Positions 12,079 to 25,761 of a DNA stretch of 64,000 bases are shown here, in pieces; the first letter of the stretch is position 1, and every line of letters begins with the position of its first letter. The notes beneath the pieces are model-generated. The model did not search any database, was not told the DNA's origin, and saw nothing but the letters and a program-made list of their open reading frames with translations. A program made the translations under genes and the position numbers. Source of the stretch: Botryllus schlosseri. Its lineage: Eukaryota. The stretch is taken from the NCBI GenBank assembly GCA_051294905.1, contig CM119384.1, positions 24,180,001-24,244,000 of the forward strand. Reading direction: 5' to 3'.

Positions 12079-15000
12079 TTATGTGTTTATAATTTTCCGC
12101 TTTAGTATAGATGTTAGAATCCAATTTATTTTGTTTTTTTCATTATTATACAAAATGGCGTCATTTGACAGCACAGTTTGCGTTGCACGTTCGATGTTTT
12201 TTATAATCTTTTTTATATACGTGCATTCCACGAGCAGGTGCTTAGCGTTGTCATTTTTCGATCCGCAAAATTTACAGTTTAGTAGCAGTGGTTTATTATA
12301 TTTGGTGTGCGTAATATTTCTTTTCCGCTTTTTCCCACCAAATATGAAGCCTTCGGTCGCAATCCTATAGTTTACTTCCAATTCTTTATTTGTGATGACG
12401 GTTTGCCCCTTGTATTTCGTTTTCCATATTTTTGGCCACTTTACCTCCCCACCGTTTTCTAACCTAATTGTTGTTTTTTTTCTCTCTCTCAATTTTTTGA
12501 TTTCTGTGTATAGTTTCTTGTGTGTTATTCTCCCCATTCTTCTTCCGTGAGTTTCAGCTTGTTTGTTGTGTCTAGTGTGTCTGTCCAGTTTTGGGGGGTC
12601 GAATCTTTGTGTGGTTCCGAGTTGTTATATAATTTTGTGTTGATTGCTTTAAGTTTTGTCCCAAGTTAGTATATGGCATATTTATGCCATATTTATGTTG
12701 GGGTATCGAGTTTTTTAAGGATTGCGACTTTCTCTGCTTGGCAGGTTTGGATTTTCCCAACTACATCCGGGAATCCTATCCCACCGTGGTCTTTGTTTGT
12801 AATAAGCATTTTCCTTGCAATGCACTCCATTTTCTGTGGGTACCACAGAAAATCGAAGTACAGTTTTTCGATCTTTTTGATGTCTTCTTTGAGTGGTGGT
12901 TTTACTCTTGCGTTAAATAATATCTGACTTGATGCGAGGGAATTTAAGATCGTGAGTTTTCCCGTCCATGTTAAGTTTCTGTTCTTGTATGCGTGAAATA
13001 TGCGTTTTAGCTTAGCTATTCTTTCCTTCCAGGTTTCCGTGTTTTGGTTTTTTCCGTAGTATTGTCCAAGTATCTTTATCGTGTCTTTTTTTTGTTTTCT
13101 ATCTCCGGGGTTCGTGTTCGGTGTTTTTTGGGGTTAATGTGTAAAATCTCAGTTTTTCCCGTGTTTAGTTTTTGCCCCGTTGCGCGTTCGAATTTGCCGA
13201 ATTCGTTTAATATGTGCTTCACGTCTTTTTCGCTGGTCAAGTAACAGGTTACATCGTCAGCGTATTGTTGTATTTTTATTTTCGCTTTGCCGATGGTAAA
13301 GGGTTTTATTTTATTATCGTTTTCAATTTTTCTTGACAGGGGGTCACTGCTGATGGCGTAGAGTGCCATACTCAGTGGGCACCCCTGTCTGATTCCGCGC
13401 TCTATTTTGATGTTGTTTGTGAGTGCGCCGTTGATCTGGATCTTACTGGAGGCATTTTTGTAGATCCTCCGTATTTTGGGTATTATATTTGTGGGTAGTT
13501 CGTATTTTCCCAGGATTTTGAAAAGGTATTCGTGATGTAGCCTGTCGCATGCCTTTTCCTGGTCTAGATTCATAACTAGTAGTTCTTTCTGTTTTTCTTG
13601 GGCATAGTCAATCACCGCTTGGGTGTTTCGCAAGACGTCAGTTATTTGCCGATCTTTTATGGCACATTTTTGGGGTAGAGGATTAGGTTTGGTAATATGG
13701 GTTTTAGCCTGTTCGAGATAATTCCGGTTAATATTTTGTAGTCTGTATTTAAAAGCGTTATCGGTCGCCAGTTTTTTAGATTCTTCGGTTCTCCTTTTTT
13801 ATACAATAGTGTTGTTATGCCTATTGTCCAGGATTTGCATAATCCTCCAAACATATATGCGTTATTTATAACTTCAGTCAATTCTTTTTTGAGAATATCC
13901 CAGTAGGTCGCATAATATTCTTTTGAAAGCCCGTCGGAGCCAGGAGTCTTTCTGTTCTCCATGTTTTGGATCACGCATCGAACCTCGGACTCTTCATCTG
14001 GCTCTCTAGTTGCGCTCGTTCTTCTTGGTTTATGTTGAGTACCTCTTGGTTTATGTCGAGTACAGGTACTCATCTTGGAGTCTAGGATCCTCTAGCGCTG
14101 ATTTTCCCCATAAGTTTTTGTAGAATTCTTCCACTGCACGCATGGTTTCGATGTTATTTTGCGTTTCTACTCCCGTTTCATTAACTATAGTTGTAAAGCT
14201 TTTTACTTTCTTTACGTTGCTTCAGTTTGTCGTAGAAGTACTTGGTGGGTTTTTCATTTTCTTCGATATCCTGCATCTTGTGTAGTATGCATTGATATTT
14301 TGTGTTTTCTTCCTCTATTTTTTGGAGTTTTATTTTGCTTCTTCATAGGCATTTTGGTCCCCGCTGGTGTTTTGTAGGGTTTTTGCGATGTTTTCTTGTA
14401 ATGCCCGTTTTTCTTTATTTGCCGCATTTCTTTGGTGCCTTTCGTTTGTGCTTATCAGTCTCCCCATTTCTTTTTTATAGTGGTCCCACCATTCATAGAC
14501 GTCACCAAAGATTGGCTTGTCTTGGATACATCTTTCGTGTAATTTTTCTATTTGTTTACGTAGACTATCGTCCGCGTATTTTCTAGTGTCATTTTTCCAA
14601 GTTCCTTTGCCCCAACTGTTATACCTTACTTTCATTCTTACATGGATCTTTTGCAAGAAGATATGGTCAGAGACGAAGTTTATTTTTTGTTCGCATGACT
14701 TTACTCGACTCGAGAATCTTTCCGATATGTAGATATTGTCTACTCGTCTAGATTGTTTGTGTTTTATTACTGTGTATAGCCTTGTTTTCGGATTCCTCCA
14801 CCTCCAGATGTCTCTGATTTTATAGATATCGGGTGAAGAATTTCCAGATCTTAGCGGCCGGGGTCATAGTAAAGTTTGTGTCATTTTTCACATCTATTCT
14901 ATCGGTGACGATGTTGTAGTCTCCACATATGATGGCGTCATTCGGTTTCTTTTCAATTTCGCTTATAAGTTCTTGATACAGCTCTGTTTGATACTTCCCT

Positions 15001-15398
15001 ACGTCGGGTGGGCCGTAGATGTTATAGAGGTTTGTTTCCTCTCCGGTCTCTTTCTCTACGAAGGTTAGTAGTTGCATTCTGTCTTCTCTAATTATCTTGT
15101 GTGCCAGGTCGTATTGCTTTTCTAGGTCTTTTTTGACTAGAATCGCAGTTCCTCTGTAGTATAACTTCTTCCCTTCTGTTGTGTCTACCCAATTTTGTTT
15201 CAGGTCTATATGCTTCGCATAGTATAGGAAGTTGTTTTGGTTTGCCCATTTCTGGACTCTTTGGGTGTCTACCCTGTGCGTTTCCGTGAAACATACGATG
15301 TTTGTGCGTTTTTCTGTTTTTATTAGACTTTTAATTTTATGCCAGTGGGTAGACATTCCGTTTACGTTCAAAGATATTATGTCTAGATCAGAATCCAT
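12079..15398 (-). pseudogene. TX-1 ORF2 (APE endonuclease + reverse transcriptase + C-terminal Cys motif), fragmented
   Basis: IISLNVNG, CFTETH, YNIYGP, ICGDYN, KTPGSDG, NWRPITLLNTDYKI, GIRQGCPLS, QYADD, CKFC..HLLVEC. Confidence 0.92.
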
Positions 15399-16651
15399 TT
15401 TCCTTGTGGTGGGGGGAGTCTTGTTCGCTTTGTTACACCAATGTTTTTTGGGGTCCAGGAGTTTCCTCCTGGCCCTCTGTTGATGTGTATCTTGTTCGTC
15501 GGGGCTACGGTCTTGCATTGATCGCTTATTTGGCGACGGGGCGCTGAAAAATGCGGCTGCTGTGAAGTTGCTCATGTTTTTATTCCTGTTGCTCGCTCTA
15601 CCCTTATTTTCTCTCCCAGGTCTAGGGGAGTTCTCTGGTCGGTTCACGTTTGGGTTGTTTGATGTGTGGTTCTCTTCCTCATCTGTAGTGACTATCTCTA
15701 ACGACCCTTCGTTCAGGAGATCGTTTGTCGGTGATTTTTCCACAATGGTGTCGTTTGGAGATTGGCTCTCCGACCCTGTGTCGCTAATGATGCCGAAGAG
15801 ATCTATTTGTTCTTGTTCTTTGTCTTCGTCATTTGTTTTTTCTGTATTTGTGTCATTTCTAGGTTTTTGTGCTAATGGGAAAGCTAGTTCGCTATCTTCT
15901 TTTTCTTCGGCTTCCTGTTGTGTTGCTTCTTCAGCCAAGGACGAACTTGGTCTGGGTGGTATCGGTGGCGGCTGCTGCACTGTACAGTTTCCTTTCTATG
16001 GCCTGTTAGCTTGCAAACAAAACAGACCGTCTCATTAGGGCAATCTTTTGCGTTGTGGCCTGCATTGAGGCATTTGAAACATTTTTCGTTTTCAGTGTCC
16101 GTCGGCAGGTATACCTTGCAGGGGGCTTTGCCCAGATATACGAACGGCGGAACCTTGCCTTGTACTTAATTTTCTACGAATAGCTGTCTATAACCATTCT
16201 GGAAGTTTGTTCCTCTGTGGTAGATGGTTCTTATTTCTATTATTGTACCACAGTTGAACCTTTCAAATTTCCGTCTAATTTCATTTTCTTCCACTTCTGT
16301 GGGCACCGCGCGGATGTTTATTATTGCTGTTGGGTAGCGGGGTGGCTGGAAGAAGGCTTTTCTGTGTGGAGTTTCAAGCCCGTCAGTCGCCTGGAATAAG
16401 AATCTTTCTTTCAGTCTTTCTACCTGGGCGTCTTTGTCAAATGTTAAATTGAAGGAGGTGTTCCTTCCTATCTGAAAGATAGATGTTATTCTGCCTGTTT
16501 GCGTTTTTCGTAGCGGGTGTTCAGTTACTGCCGTGATAATGTCTGTTGTTTCTGTGTCAGGCGGCGCTAGTATGTCTAGTGAGCGTGGTCTTTCTCCATA
16601 TGTAATTCGCCTTGTCTGTTCTTCATGTCGCAGCGCATTTGCGTATGCCAT
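15399..16651 (-). pseudogene. TX-1 ORF1 (gag-like RNA-binding protein), internally deleted
   Basis: RPRSLD, INIRAVPTEV..GTI..YHRGT..NGYRQ motifs shared with the other ORF1s; FTAAAFFSAPSPNKR tail. Confidence 0.85.
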
Positions 16652-16914
16652 CTAGCTGTATGCGCGTGTGTGTTTGAAGGTTTCCTCGCTTGGCCCAGTG
16701 TATGGGCTTTGAGGATGCTATGTAGGTGAAGGCTTGCCGTTTCTCTCTGTCTTCTACTGCTGTCTACTGTCTACCGCTACGCTGTTATAAACTGCGTTAT
16801 TTGCAGTGCTATTTGAAGCGCTCTGGAGCGTTTTCAAGGGCGCTTCTAGGCGCTTTGTATTACCGATACTGCAGTTTCGGTTTACGCTGTAGATCGTACG
16901 ATCACCGTCTAGAC

Positions 16915-18719
16915 CAGGGGTGGGCAAACTTTTGGGCTCGCGGGCCGCATTCAACATCCGAATCCATTCGCGGGCCGCACTATATAAAATTGGAATTATA
17001 AACCAAAGCGCAATATTAATTTTTAATTGATTATATAGTGACCCAGTCAACAAAAGTGTGTACATTCAATGCCGAAACAGGCGAAGAAAGTGCAGGAGAG
17101 CAGTGAACGCAACCGTTTTGACACTACAGCGAGGCGGCACCTTTGATGTACAATAACTGATCGCTCTCGAATTCAGAAAATCGATTGTTCTCCTTTCTAT
17201 CGGTCGGCCAGAGAGATTGGTGTTAGCGTAATTAACCAATCCAATTGCGCTTGATTATCACGCGGCTTCACCGTGACGTTTCTTCTGCCTAGCTTTGCCA
17301 GGTTCGTGAGCACTTGAGCGTGGAGTGATTGTGATGTCATAAGTCATCGGATGTTGTTTACCACTGCACACTTAGTTTGAATTATATTCCGTCTATACTG
17401 GCGAATTGTATTTCCGAGATTATAGCTAGATCAAACTTGTACCGGAAAGGAGATCTCTGTATCTCGACTGAAATCAATATGTGGTTTTATGCATTTTATA
17501 TGGCTGTCTCTCTGTATTTGACCGGTGTTTTGTATGTATATGCTCGTGGTGGATTTTATTATAACTAAAACTATAATGAAAATGTATTGTCAAATTGTGA
17601 TGTCTTACAACATAAGGGTCAGTATGTATGCCAGAAAGCAACAATGATTCAGGTAGCGATAGGGCTAATAGCGTTTGTAAGCTGCAGTAGCGAGAGGGTT
17701 AATGGACGACAACAACGGGTTAATGAGTCTGCGGCAGAAGTGCGAGAATTGTTTCTTTTGAAGCATCATTTTGACATCGAATGCGTATTATACGCCTGGC
17801 GATCGCTTCCCATTTTGTTGACTGGGGAGGACATAGAGATGATATATGTGCTTATTTAAAACAAGCCAAACATTGCTTTGATGATTTCGTGCACGCGTCA
17901 GAAACATATAGTGGCGAGATTTCATAGGCTGGCGGACCTCAATAACCAATTTTTCAGAACTATAGAGATGAAAGTCGGTTGGCGCGATTCTTAGAACAGG
18001 ATTGAAATTTAAATCTGTGAGCAGCGATCTCCTCATAGATTTAATAATTCCACTTTTGGTTAAGTTCCAGGACACACCATGCTGACACCATGTTATCTTC
18101 AAACACGCTTCTACTATATGTAGATAAAATATAAATACCCCAATTCTACGCATACAGACGACGAATCTACCTTAGACACGCCCGAGTCGTTTTTTATGCG
18201 CACAATACTGAAATAATTAAAATTTGAGTGGCCAATCTGAAATCCCACCCGTAATCTAAATTATGTCAATCTCGTTGCAGCTATCCCGCTGTGATATTAA
18301 GTATTTACCTTAGATCAGTGGTTCTCAAACTTTTTACCCCCCCCCCCCCCTTATGATGGTGAAAGATTTCGCTCCCCCTTATCGTCATATCACAAAACGC
18401 AACCAGGATGCTAGCAAACCTGACGGGTAGTTTGATGGCAGGGCAAGTTGCGACTGTGGATGAGAGATTTTTGAATATGTAATTCAGATTAAATACAGAG
18501 CAATAACTACGAATTGGATGTAAATCGCGAAAAATTTTGACCGTTGGGCACAGCTTCGCGCCCCTTTTCAGATGATTTCACGCCCTGTCCCTGCATTAAT
18601 TTGATTTTTAATACGCATTTTATCAATATTTTTAAAAAGTTTTTTCAGACTCTCGCGGGCCGCACAGAACGGTGTTGCGGGCCGCATGCGGCCCGCGGGC
18701 CGTAGTTTGCCCACCCCTG
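16915..18719. mobile_element. Non-autonomous hAT (Charlie/Buster-type) element, 1805 bp
   Basis: Perfect 16-bp TIR CAGGGGTGGGCAAACT; 8-bp TSD GTCTAGAC at 16907-16914 and 18720-18727; empty sites in paralogous UTRs near 32271 and 60518. Confidence 0.95.
18316..18335. mobile_element. Orphan hAT terminus nested in the MITE
   Basis: CAGTGGTTCTCAAACTTTTT preceded by CCTTAGAT; no partner end found. Confidence 0.45.
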
Positions 18720-18769
18720 GTCTAGACAGTGTCGTATCGCGTTCGCAATCAACTGAGGTTAGTAGGCCA

Positions 18770-19000
18770 GACAGTCTCTCGGCTTCTCAGACGAGAAGCG
18801 CGAGAGAGGAGAAAGGAAAAGTAGAGACTTGACTCGAGAGAGAGTCAAGTCTCTAAAGAAAAGACTCGACCGAGAATTGACTCACAAAGACGAGTCAATT
18901 CTCGGAGAGGTAGATAAAGACTCCTTGAGACCTGACTCACGAAGACGAGTCAAGTCTCAGGAGGGAGGAGGTCAGAGTCTGAAGGAGACCCGAAGCAGTA
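18770..19000. repeat. GACTC/GAGTC inverted-repeat array in group-A 5' UTRs (also about 32310-32560 and 60565-60790)
   Basis: 13-bp stem AGAGACTTGACTC / GAGTCAAGTCTCT with 6-nt loop (18823-18854, 60620-60651; variant 32363-32394) followed by further GACTC..GAGTC hairpins. Confidence 0.8.
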
Positions 19001-19403
19001 ATCCGACGATTTTTTTTGTAGGCTGCCGCAGCGAGCCTTAGAGTAGTCGAAAAGCATAAAATATAAAATATAAATATAAACAACGAAAAGACAATATATA
19101 TTTAGAGTCTTCCGTTCAAGATGTCACACAAAGTTTCGTCATTTATTCACATTGCATGAAATATTTCACACGAGATTCACATGAAAAATTGCATGAAATA
19201 CACATGAAATGCACATGAAATTTTCCTTGCTTTCCGTTGCAGCTTCTTTTCCGCTCTTTATCTTTGATTGTCGATACTTACTCTTTCATTCTCCGTTGGT
19301 CTTTCTCTTCGTTCCTTCTTGCGTTGTCAGGGTTTGTTTTCATCTTCGATGAAAGCAATTTCATTTTTGAAGATGATTTCTTCTATTGGTGAGTGAAAAT
19401 GAG

Positions 19404-22400
19404 TCAGTCTTTTTTTATTTTTCTCAATATCTTTCTGGTCGTCGTTTTGAGAGTTATTTTCGTGTTTGATAGTTTTACGTTATCTTTATCTAGGCCTAGT
19501 TTTGTTTGTATGACTTGTCTTTTTAGAATACTTAGTATTGTCCAATCGTTCCTGTTTAGGTTATCGTTATAAAATATTTGGTCTAATCCCAGCTTTTTCT
19601 GTTTGAATAAAAGTCTAAAATTACTTAACAACTCCTTGTCAAATGGACACTTCAGAAAGATGTGTTCTAGGTTATCATATCTGTTGTCACAAAATTTGCA
19701 GTTTGTGATGTTATTATTGTGAGAATCAATCCTCAACAGGTTTAACCTTCTCTTTTCCTCACTAAAGAAGTAGCCCTTGCAAGCCGTTCTTATGTTAATT
19801 ACTCTCTCTTCATTTTTTATTCTATTTACGTCTTCGTTTGCCATTTGCACTTTTTTCCAATTAACCATTACTCCATTACTTAGTCTAATTAGTGTTGTAG
19901 TTGCTTTTTTTTCTTTAAGTTTATTATGTATGTCCTTGTGTGTCGCTATTTTCCATTGGTCATCGTCCCATTCTATTTCTTTTACAGATTCCAAGATATC
20001 TCTCCATTCTGCGCTCATTCTGTTGCGCTCATTCTGTCCCTGTGTGGGATTGAATTGGAGTACAGTTTTTCATTAATGCTTTGGACTTTTGTGCCCAATA
20101 CATACAATGCTTCGTGATGCCAGAATTCACTGGGTGAGTCTATGTTTTTGATTATCTTGTATTTCTCTATTTTGCTCGCTTTAAGCTTACTTTCTACGCA
20201 TGGTATTTTTAGTTTGTGCATTAACTTTCTACGCATGGTATTTTTAGTTTGTGCATTATTTGTTCTGAGATTAAATGTGTTCGCCTAATTGGTTCGACTT
20301 TCTCTGGGTGCCAAATGAATTTGAAGAATATACTTTCTATTTCTTTGATATATTTTTTGGAGCGTCGATTATTCTCGCATTATAGACTAATTTGGATGTT
20401 GCGAGACTGTTAAGTATTATTGCTTTGCCAAACCATGTTAATTCTCTATCTTTGTACGCAATTGTGATTTTTCGAAGTTGTTCAATTCTCTTCTTCCAAG
20501 TTTTTTCTATATAACATTGGCCGAAAGATTGTCCTAAAATTTCTAATGATGTTTTGAGAATATTTTTGTATTTACTATTCGCGATTCTATTCGGATTCGT
20601 ACTTAGGATTTCTGATTTATCTTTGTTGAGGCGTTGCCCTGTGGCTTTGCCGAAATTCTCGAATTCTTCTATGACTTTGTCTATAGAGTGAATGTCTTTG
20701 ACTATAGCAGTCACATCATCAGCGTACTGCTGGATCTTGACTTCGCTGCTACCTAGTCTGATACCTTTGATTTCCTCATTTTTAACTATTCTTCTTGCGA
20801 GAGGATCTATTGTCAATGCATAAAGGCACATGCTTAATGGACATCCTTGTCGCAGTCCCCTGTCTACTTGTATCCTCTTCGTCATTCCACCATTTACTTC
20901 TACTTTACTATACGAGTTGTCGTATAGGTTTGCTATTAGTTTCAAGTTTCCTAATAGTTTTCGGTAACCCGTATTTCTCTAGAACTTGGTATAAGTACGC
21001 ATGAGGGACCTTGTCAAATGCCTTTTCCAAGTCCAAATTGAGAATGAAAAGGTCATTCTTTTTGTAGAGAGCAGTGTCTATCGCGGCTTTGACATTTCTT
21101 AACGCGTCGGATATCTGCCTATCTTTGATGCCACATTTTTGCGTATTTAGTACAATCGAATTGGTTACATTTTTAGGCGGTTAGCTAATATAGCTGTGAG
21201 AATTTTATGGTCTACATTTAATAAAGTTATGGGTCTCCAATTTTTGATATCTTGTGCATTTCCTTTGTATAACAATTTTACAATGCCCTTGTGCCACGAT
21301 TTACAGGTCGCTCCAAAGAATAAGGCATTATTGTAAAGCTCTAAAAGTTCCTGTTTCAAGACTGGCAAGGCCAGTACTTGATGTAGAACTCTTTAGTGAG
21401 TCCATCGCTTCCTGGAGTTTTGCCTGAGCTCATTTTTTTAAAGTACTTAGTATTTCTTCTTGAGTAACACTCATTTCTAAGCAATCTTGATCTTCTTTCG
21501 AAATATTGACCTCGTTTAGATCTTCTAGGTACATTTCTTTAAGATCGTAGTCCAAGTTTTTCTCTGCATCCCAAAGGTTTTTATAGAAATTTTGGATAAT
21601 CCTTTTGACCTCTTCAGGGCGTTCCTCAGTTTGTCCTTTCTCATCTATGATACTATGAATTTGTTTTTGTCTGTTTCTAGATTTCAGCCTGTCAAAGAAG
21701 TACTTTGTAGGCTTTTCACAGTTATCTTTGTCAACCAGCTTTGCTGTTTTGCAGAGGAAATTAAGTTTTTTACTCTCTTCTCTTTTCAGTTCTTTATGTA
21801 ATCTGATCTTTTCATAGCTATCCTGTTCTTTATTTATATCTCTTATTTTTGCCCTGATTAAGGCTTCTTTGTTTCTCTGGGGATTGTAGTATTGTGTTAC
21901 TCTCCTTATTTCAGTTTTTAAAACTGATTTAAGGTCATCTCACCATTGTGTGATTGATTCGTAATTGCCCTTATTTTTCTTCATCACATCAATTGTAGTT
22001 TTAATGTGATCATCGATCAAGGGCGAGTCTAGAACATTGATGTTGCATTTCCACGAACCTTTTCCATAATTGATTCGCGATTTATCCGATATTGTCAACT
22101 CCATCATATAGATGTGGTCAGATATCGGATTGTAGCTGTATTTACATTTAGAAACATCTTTTGCGACATCGTCTGTGGCGTATATGTTATCTATACGTCG
22201 TTCTTGTTTTCCTGTAATCTTGGTGTATATTTCCTTTTTAGAATTTCTCCAACGATTTACATCCTGATAAGAGTGATTTTCGATGAAATTTTTCCAAGTC
22301 TTTGCTGCTGGTGACAGATTGTATTTAGTCTTCACCTTACAGTCTTTGTCATTATTAATCAAATTAAAGTCTCCACAAATAACTGTTCTATTGGAAGTAT

Positions 22401-22858
22401 CATAGAGCGTCTCAGAAAGGTTTTTATAGAAGTCTGTCTGATATTTCCCAGGATTAGGAGGTGCATACACGTTCCATATCTCTAGGACATTTTCTTGACT
22501 TTTTAGCAAGATTGATTGAACTCTATGCTCTACTGTAGCGTTCCCAGTTATGCTCTACTGTAACGTTCCCAGTTATTTTGTATTTGTTTTCCATTTCAGA
22601 CTTAATCAGTATTAATGTTCCTAAATAGTATAGACGTTTGTGTTTTTCTCTGTTCACCCAGATTTCTTGTTTGTCCAGGCAGTTTTTGTATAGAATGTAT
22701 TTGTTATTTTTACACCAATCTTCAATTTTAGCTGTATTTATTTTATGAGATTCCTGAATGCATATTACATCGCTATTTTGTTTTTTAATTAGATTAGTAA
22801 GATTATTCCAGTTCCGGTCTATTCCGTTTGCATTTAGCGATGTTATTTTGATAGCCAT
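19404..22858 (-). pseudogene. TX-2 ORF2 (EN-RT), fragmented
   Basis: ITSLNANG, CIQESH, WNVYAP, ICGDFN, RRIDNIY, NWRPITLLNVDHKI, GLRQGCPLS, QYADD, CKFC..HIFLKC. Confidence 0.92.
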
Positions 22859-23172
22859 TATCGTTTTTTGGAGTGGCTTCTGCCCGGTTTGCTTTTCCTG
22901 CTTTTCTTTTTGGTCTTGCTTTGAGTTAGTGTGCTGCAATCCTGAGCCTGTTCCTCATCTATTTGCTCCCCTTCTGAGGAGACTGTCAGATCTGAATTTT
23001 CTGAGTCGTCAGTGAGCGTTTTCGCGCATGTCACCTTAGACTTTATTTCACCTTAGACTTTATTTTTGGGCTGTCCTCTTCGGAATCAGAACCCTGGGAC
23101 GAAATCTGTAAGTCCTCTGCTAGTTCATTTCGATTGTCAGTCTAATTTTGTTCATCTGTGACTTCAGTTTCT

Positions 23173-25008
23173 GGGTAATTTCCTGCCAAATGAGCAAATT
23201 TATTTTCAGATGAGCACCAAGGTCAATGGATGGCTACAAAATTTGGCACATTGATTCTTCTGTCATTATCATGAAAAAATCAAAAAATATTTTTCTCAAA
23301 TTCAACCTGATGACAAAGTTACACTCCTCACAAAACCATGCTTTTTGCATGTCACGCTCCAGTGATTTTCATCAAATCTGCAGTGAAACAGCAATATATT
23401 TTGCTGTGACAGTTAAATAACGCTGAAATTTGGTGGGAATCTCATTTGAAGTCTATATCATGTTACTGAGGCTTATTAGTAGGAGCTCCTCATTTTCCGA
23501 CAGCTTAAATTGAATGTGGTACATCCGAAAAGGGGAAAAAAAATTTACGGTCATTTTCATGAATTCGTGATTTTCAATATGCCTTCTACTTTGCTACAAA
23601 ATCTGAACAATTAATTTTCAAAATCTGAACAATTAATTTTCACGTTATCTGGTGGAAATGTGCCAATTTCTGATTACTGTGAATTTTTGGTATTTTCGAT
23701 TATGATGTCGTAAACCAAACAAGCTTAACAAACGGAATTCGCATAAAATGGTTATGTAGGCCTACTGTAAATGAATACATGCGATCCAATCCAAATTTCA
23801 CATGCCATGTGGTCTGGATTTACAGTTTCTGTATCATGAACCACACAAACTGAAAAACCACCAAAATTAATAGAAAATGTTCTCGTAATATACTTGAATG
23901 AAAATGCAATAGTTTTTCATACAAAAGCATCTTAATTGCCCAATCCATGCAAAATCTTCATTTTTTTTAAATGTTGTCTTCATATACTTTCTACTGCCTG
24001 CCACTATAGCATTTGAATGCATGTCAATGCAAAGAAGTAGGGTACCGGTATGTGAGAAAACAGGTCATAACAGATATATCTTTTCTTGCTGGCCAATGAA
24101 ATGAACCTGATGGACCGTCTGAATGCAGGAATTTGATTTTGGCATCACAATGCTCCTTATTTACGTCCAACACCATTCCAATTCACCATTTCCTATCATA
24201 TAAGCACACTTATCAAGCTGGTTTTCACGTTAAAATTCAATTTGTGTCAAATTTCTTCATCTTTCATCACCTTTGTAACTATGACATTCAAAATCAGTTA
24301 TTTATCTACTGCAATTGAGACAATGAAGTCACTCACTCACTGAAATTGGACTATAGTTACTCAGTCACAGCTATACTGTAATTCCCAGGGCTAGTTAACT
24401 TCATTCAGCCACCTTCAACATAGGATGCATTGTGACATCACAATGAACAATGACCTAAAGGTCTGAATTCCATTGTTATTATAATCCATTATTCCTTTGG
24501 AGTTTTTTACTGGTGTAGTTGGAAATTAATGGATTGAATCTTTATTAAATGTAAGACAATATATTCAAGATCACTACTTCAGAATCTTGGTTTCTAAAAT
24601 TTTTCCCCTTTTTATTTATGGGAGTTTGAACTTTCGGCACCAAAACGAGCAGTAGGAGTCTCATGTGACATTTTTTTGTATGATAACATACTCTGAAATG
24701 TTTGGGCCATCAATTTAAGAATTCCTGGAGACCTGTAGCATCATGTCCCCAAATTCCAGCCACATTAACGGCTTTTTACCTTCAAAATAATGACATTGAA
24801 AAAATAATTGACAATGTTCAATGAAGCGTGACAAGGAAAATGTTCAAACTTTGAAGCCTCATAACTTGGTACTTTTTTAGAATTTTCTAAAAAAAAATTG
24901 AAAAATTGGATTTGGCATATCTAAAGCTATATCAATCAGTGTGCCAAATTTCATATAAATTCTCCAACCTTGGTGCAACCCCCTTGTTGATTTGGCAAGA
25001 AATTACCC
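23173..25008. mobile_element. Non-autonomous cut-and-paste transposon with GGG..CCC ends and 4-bp TSD (Sola2-like, tentative), inserted in TX-2 ORF1
   Basis: TIR GGGTAATTTC(C/T)TGCCAAAT (18/19) plus subterminal GCACCAAGG and AAATTTGGCACA; TSD TTCT at 23169-23172 and 25009-25012; no coding remnant seen. Confidence 0.8.
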
Positions 25009-25761
25009 TTCTTCATTTACGGTAATATCTGCTATTTCACTGCAATCGACTTCCTTGGTTAAATTCGGGAACTCCTCGTTCCTTATAGGACAGTCGATCA
25101 TGCTGTGCTTTTGTGAATCACAGTATTGGCAGCGTTTCGCCGTGCATTTTGACGCGATATGCCCGGTCTGCCCACATTCGTAACATTTTCTGGTATTATT
25201 TTTAGGCGCAGTTGGCAAGAAGATTTTACACCTGGCTCCGTCTACCGTGATGAATTGAGGAAGGATACCTTTCACGCAAACTTCGTAGACCAGATGCCTG
25301 AAGCCATTTTCAAAATTTGTGTTTTTATGGTACCCTCTTGTGATTTTCAATAGGGTTCCTGCGTTCCAGGTTTGTATTGCGTTCGCTAGCGATTCGCAAG
25401 TTGTTTCTGTTGGCACGGCTCTAACGCTTATGTATGTAAGCGGTGCTCTTGGCTTTCTTATTTCATATCTTTTACCTTGGTGAGTCACTTCCTGAATGTT
25501 TTGAACCAGGTCATTACGTTGGCTGTGTTCTTGCATTGTAATGCTGAAAACGTTCAGCGATATTTGAAACATAGATTGTATCTCATTTTTCCATTCTTTC
25601 AGATCCTTCTGCAAGTATATCAGGTCCAGAACCTCTTCCGGACTGATCTGATCTTGTGCGATCAGATCGAATGAACGCGGTCTGTTCCCATGGGAGATGT
25701 ATTTATTCATTATTCTGTATTCCTGTTTAAGCACACAGCTTATTCTTTGCACTTCAAGCAC
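25009..25761 (-). pseudogene. TX-2 ORF1 N-terminal part with two CCHC zinc knuckles
   Basis: RPRSFD, ISVRAVPTE, NGFRH, CYECGQTGHIASKC, CQYCDSQKHSMIDC. Confidence 0.9.

Noticed and set aside
14820-15980. Natural ORF1-ORF2 fusion in TX-1
   Set aside because: Sister elements TX-3 and TX-6 have separate ORFs, and TX-1 has many other lesions, so a chance indel is more likely
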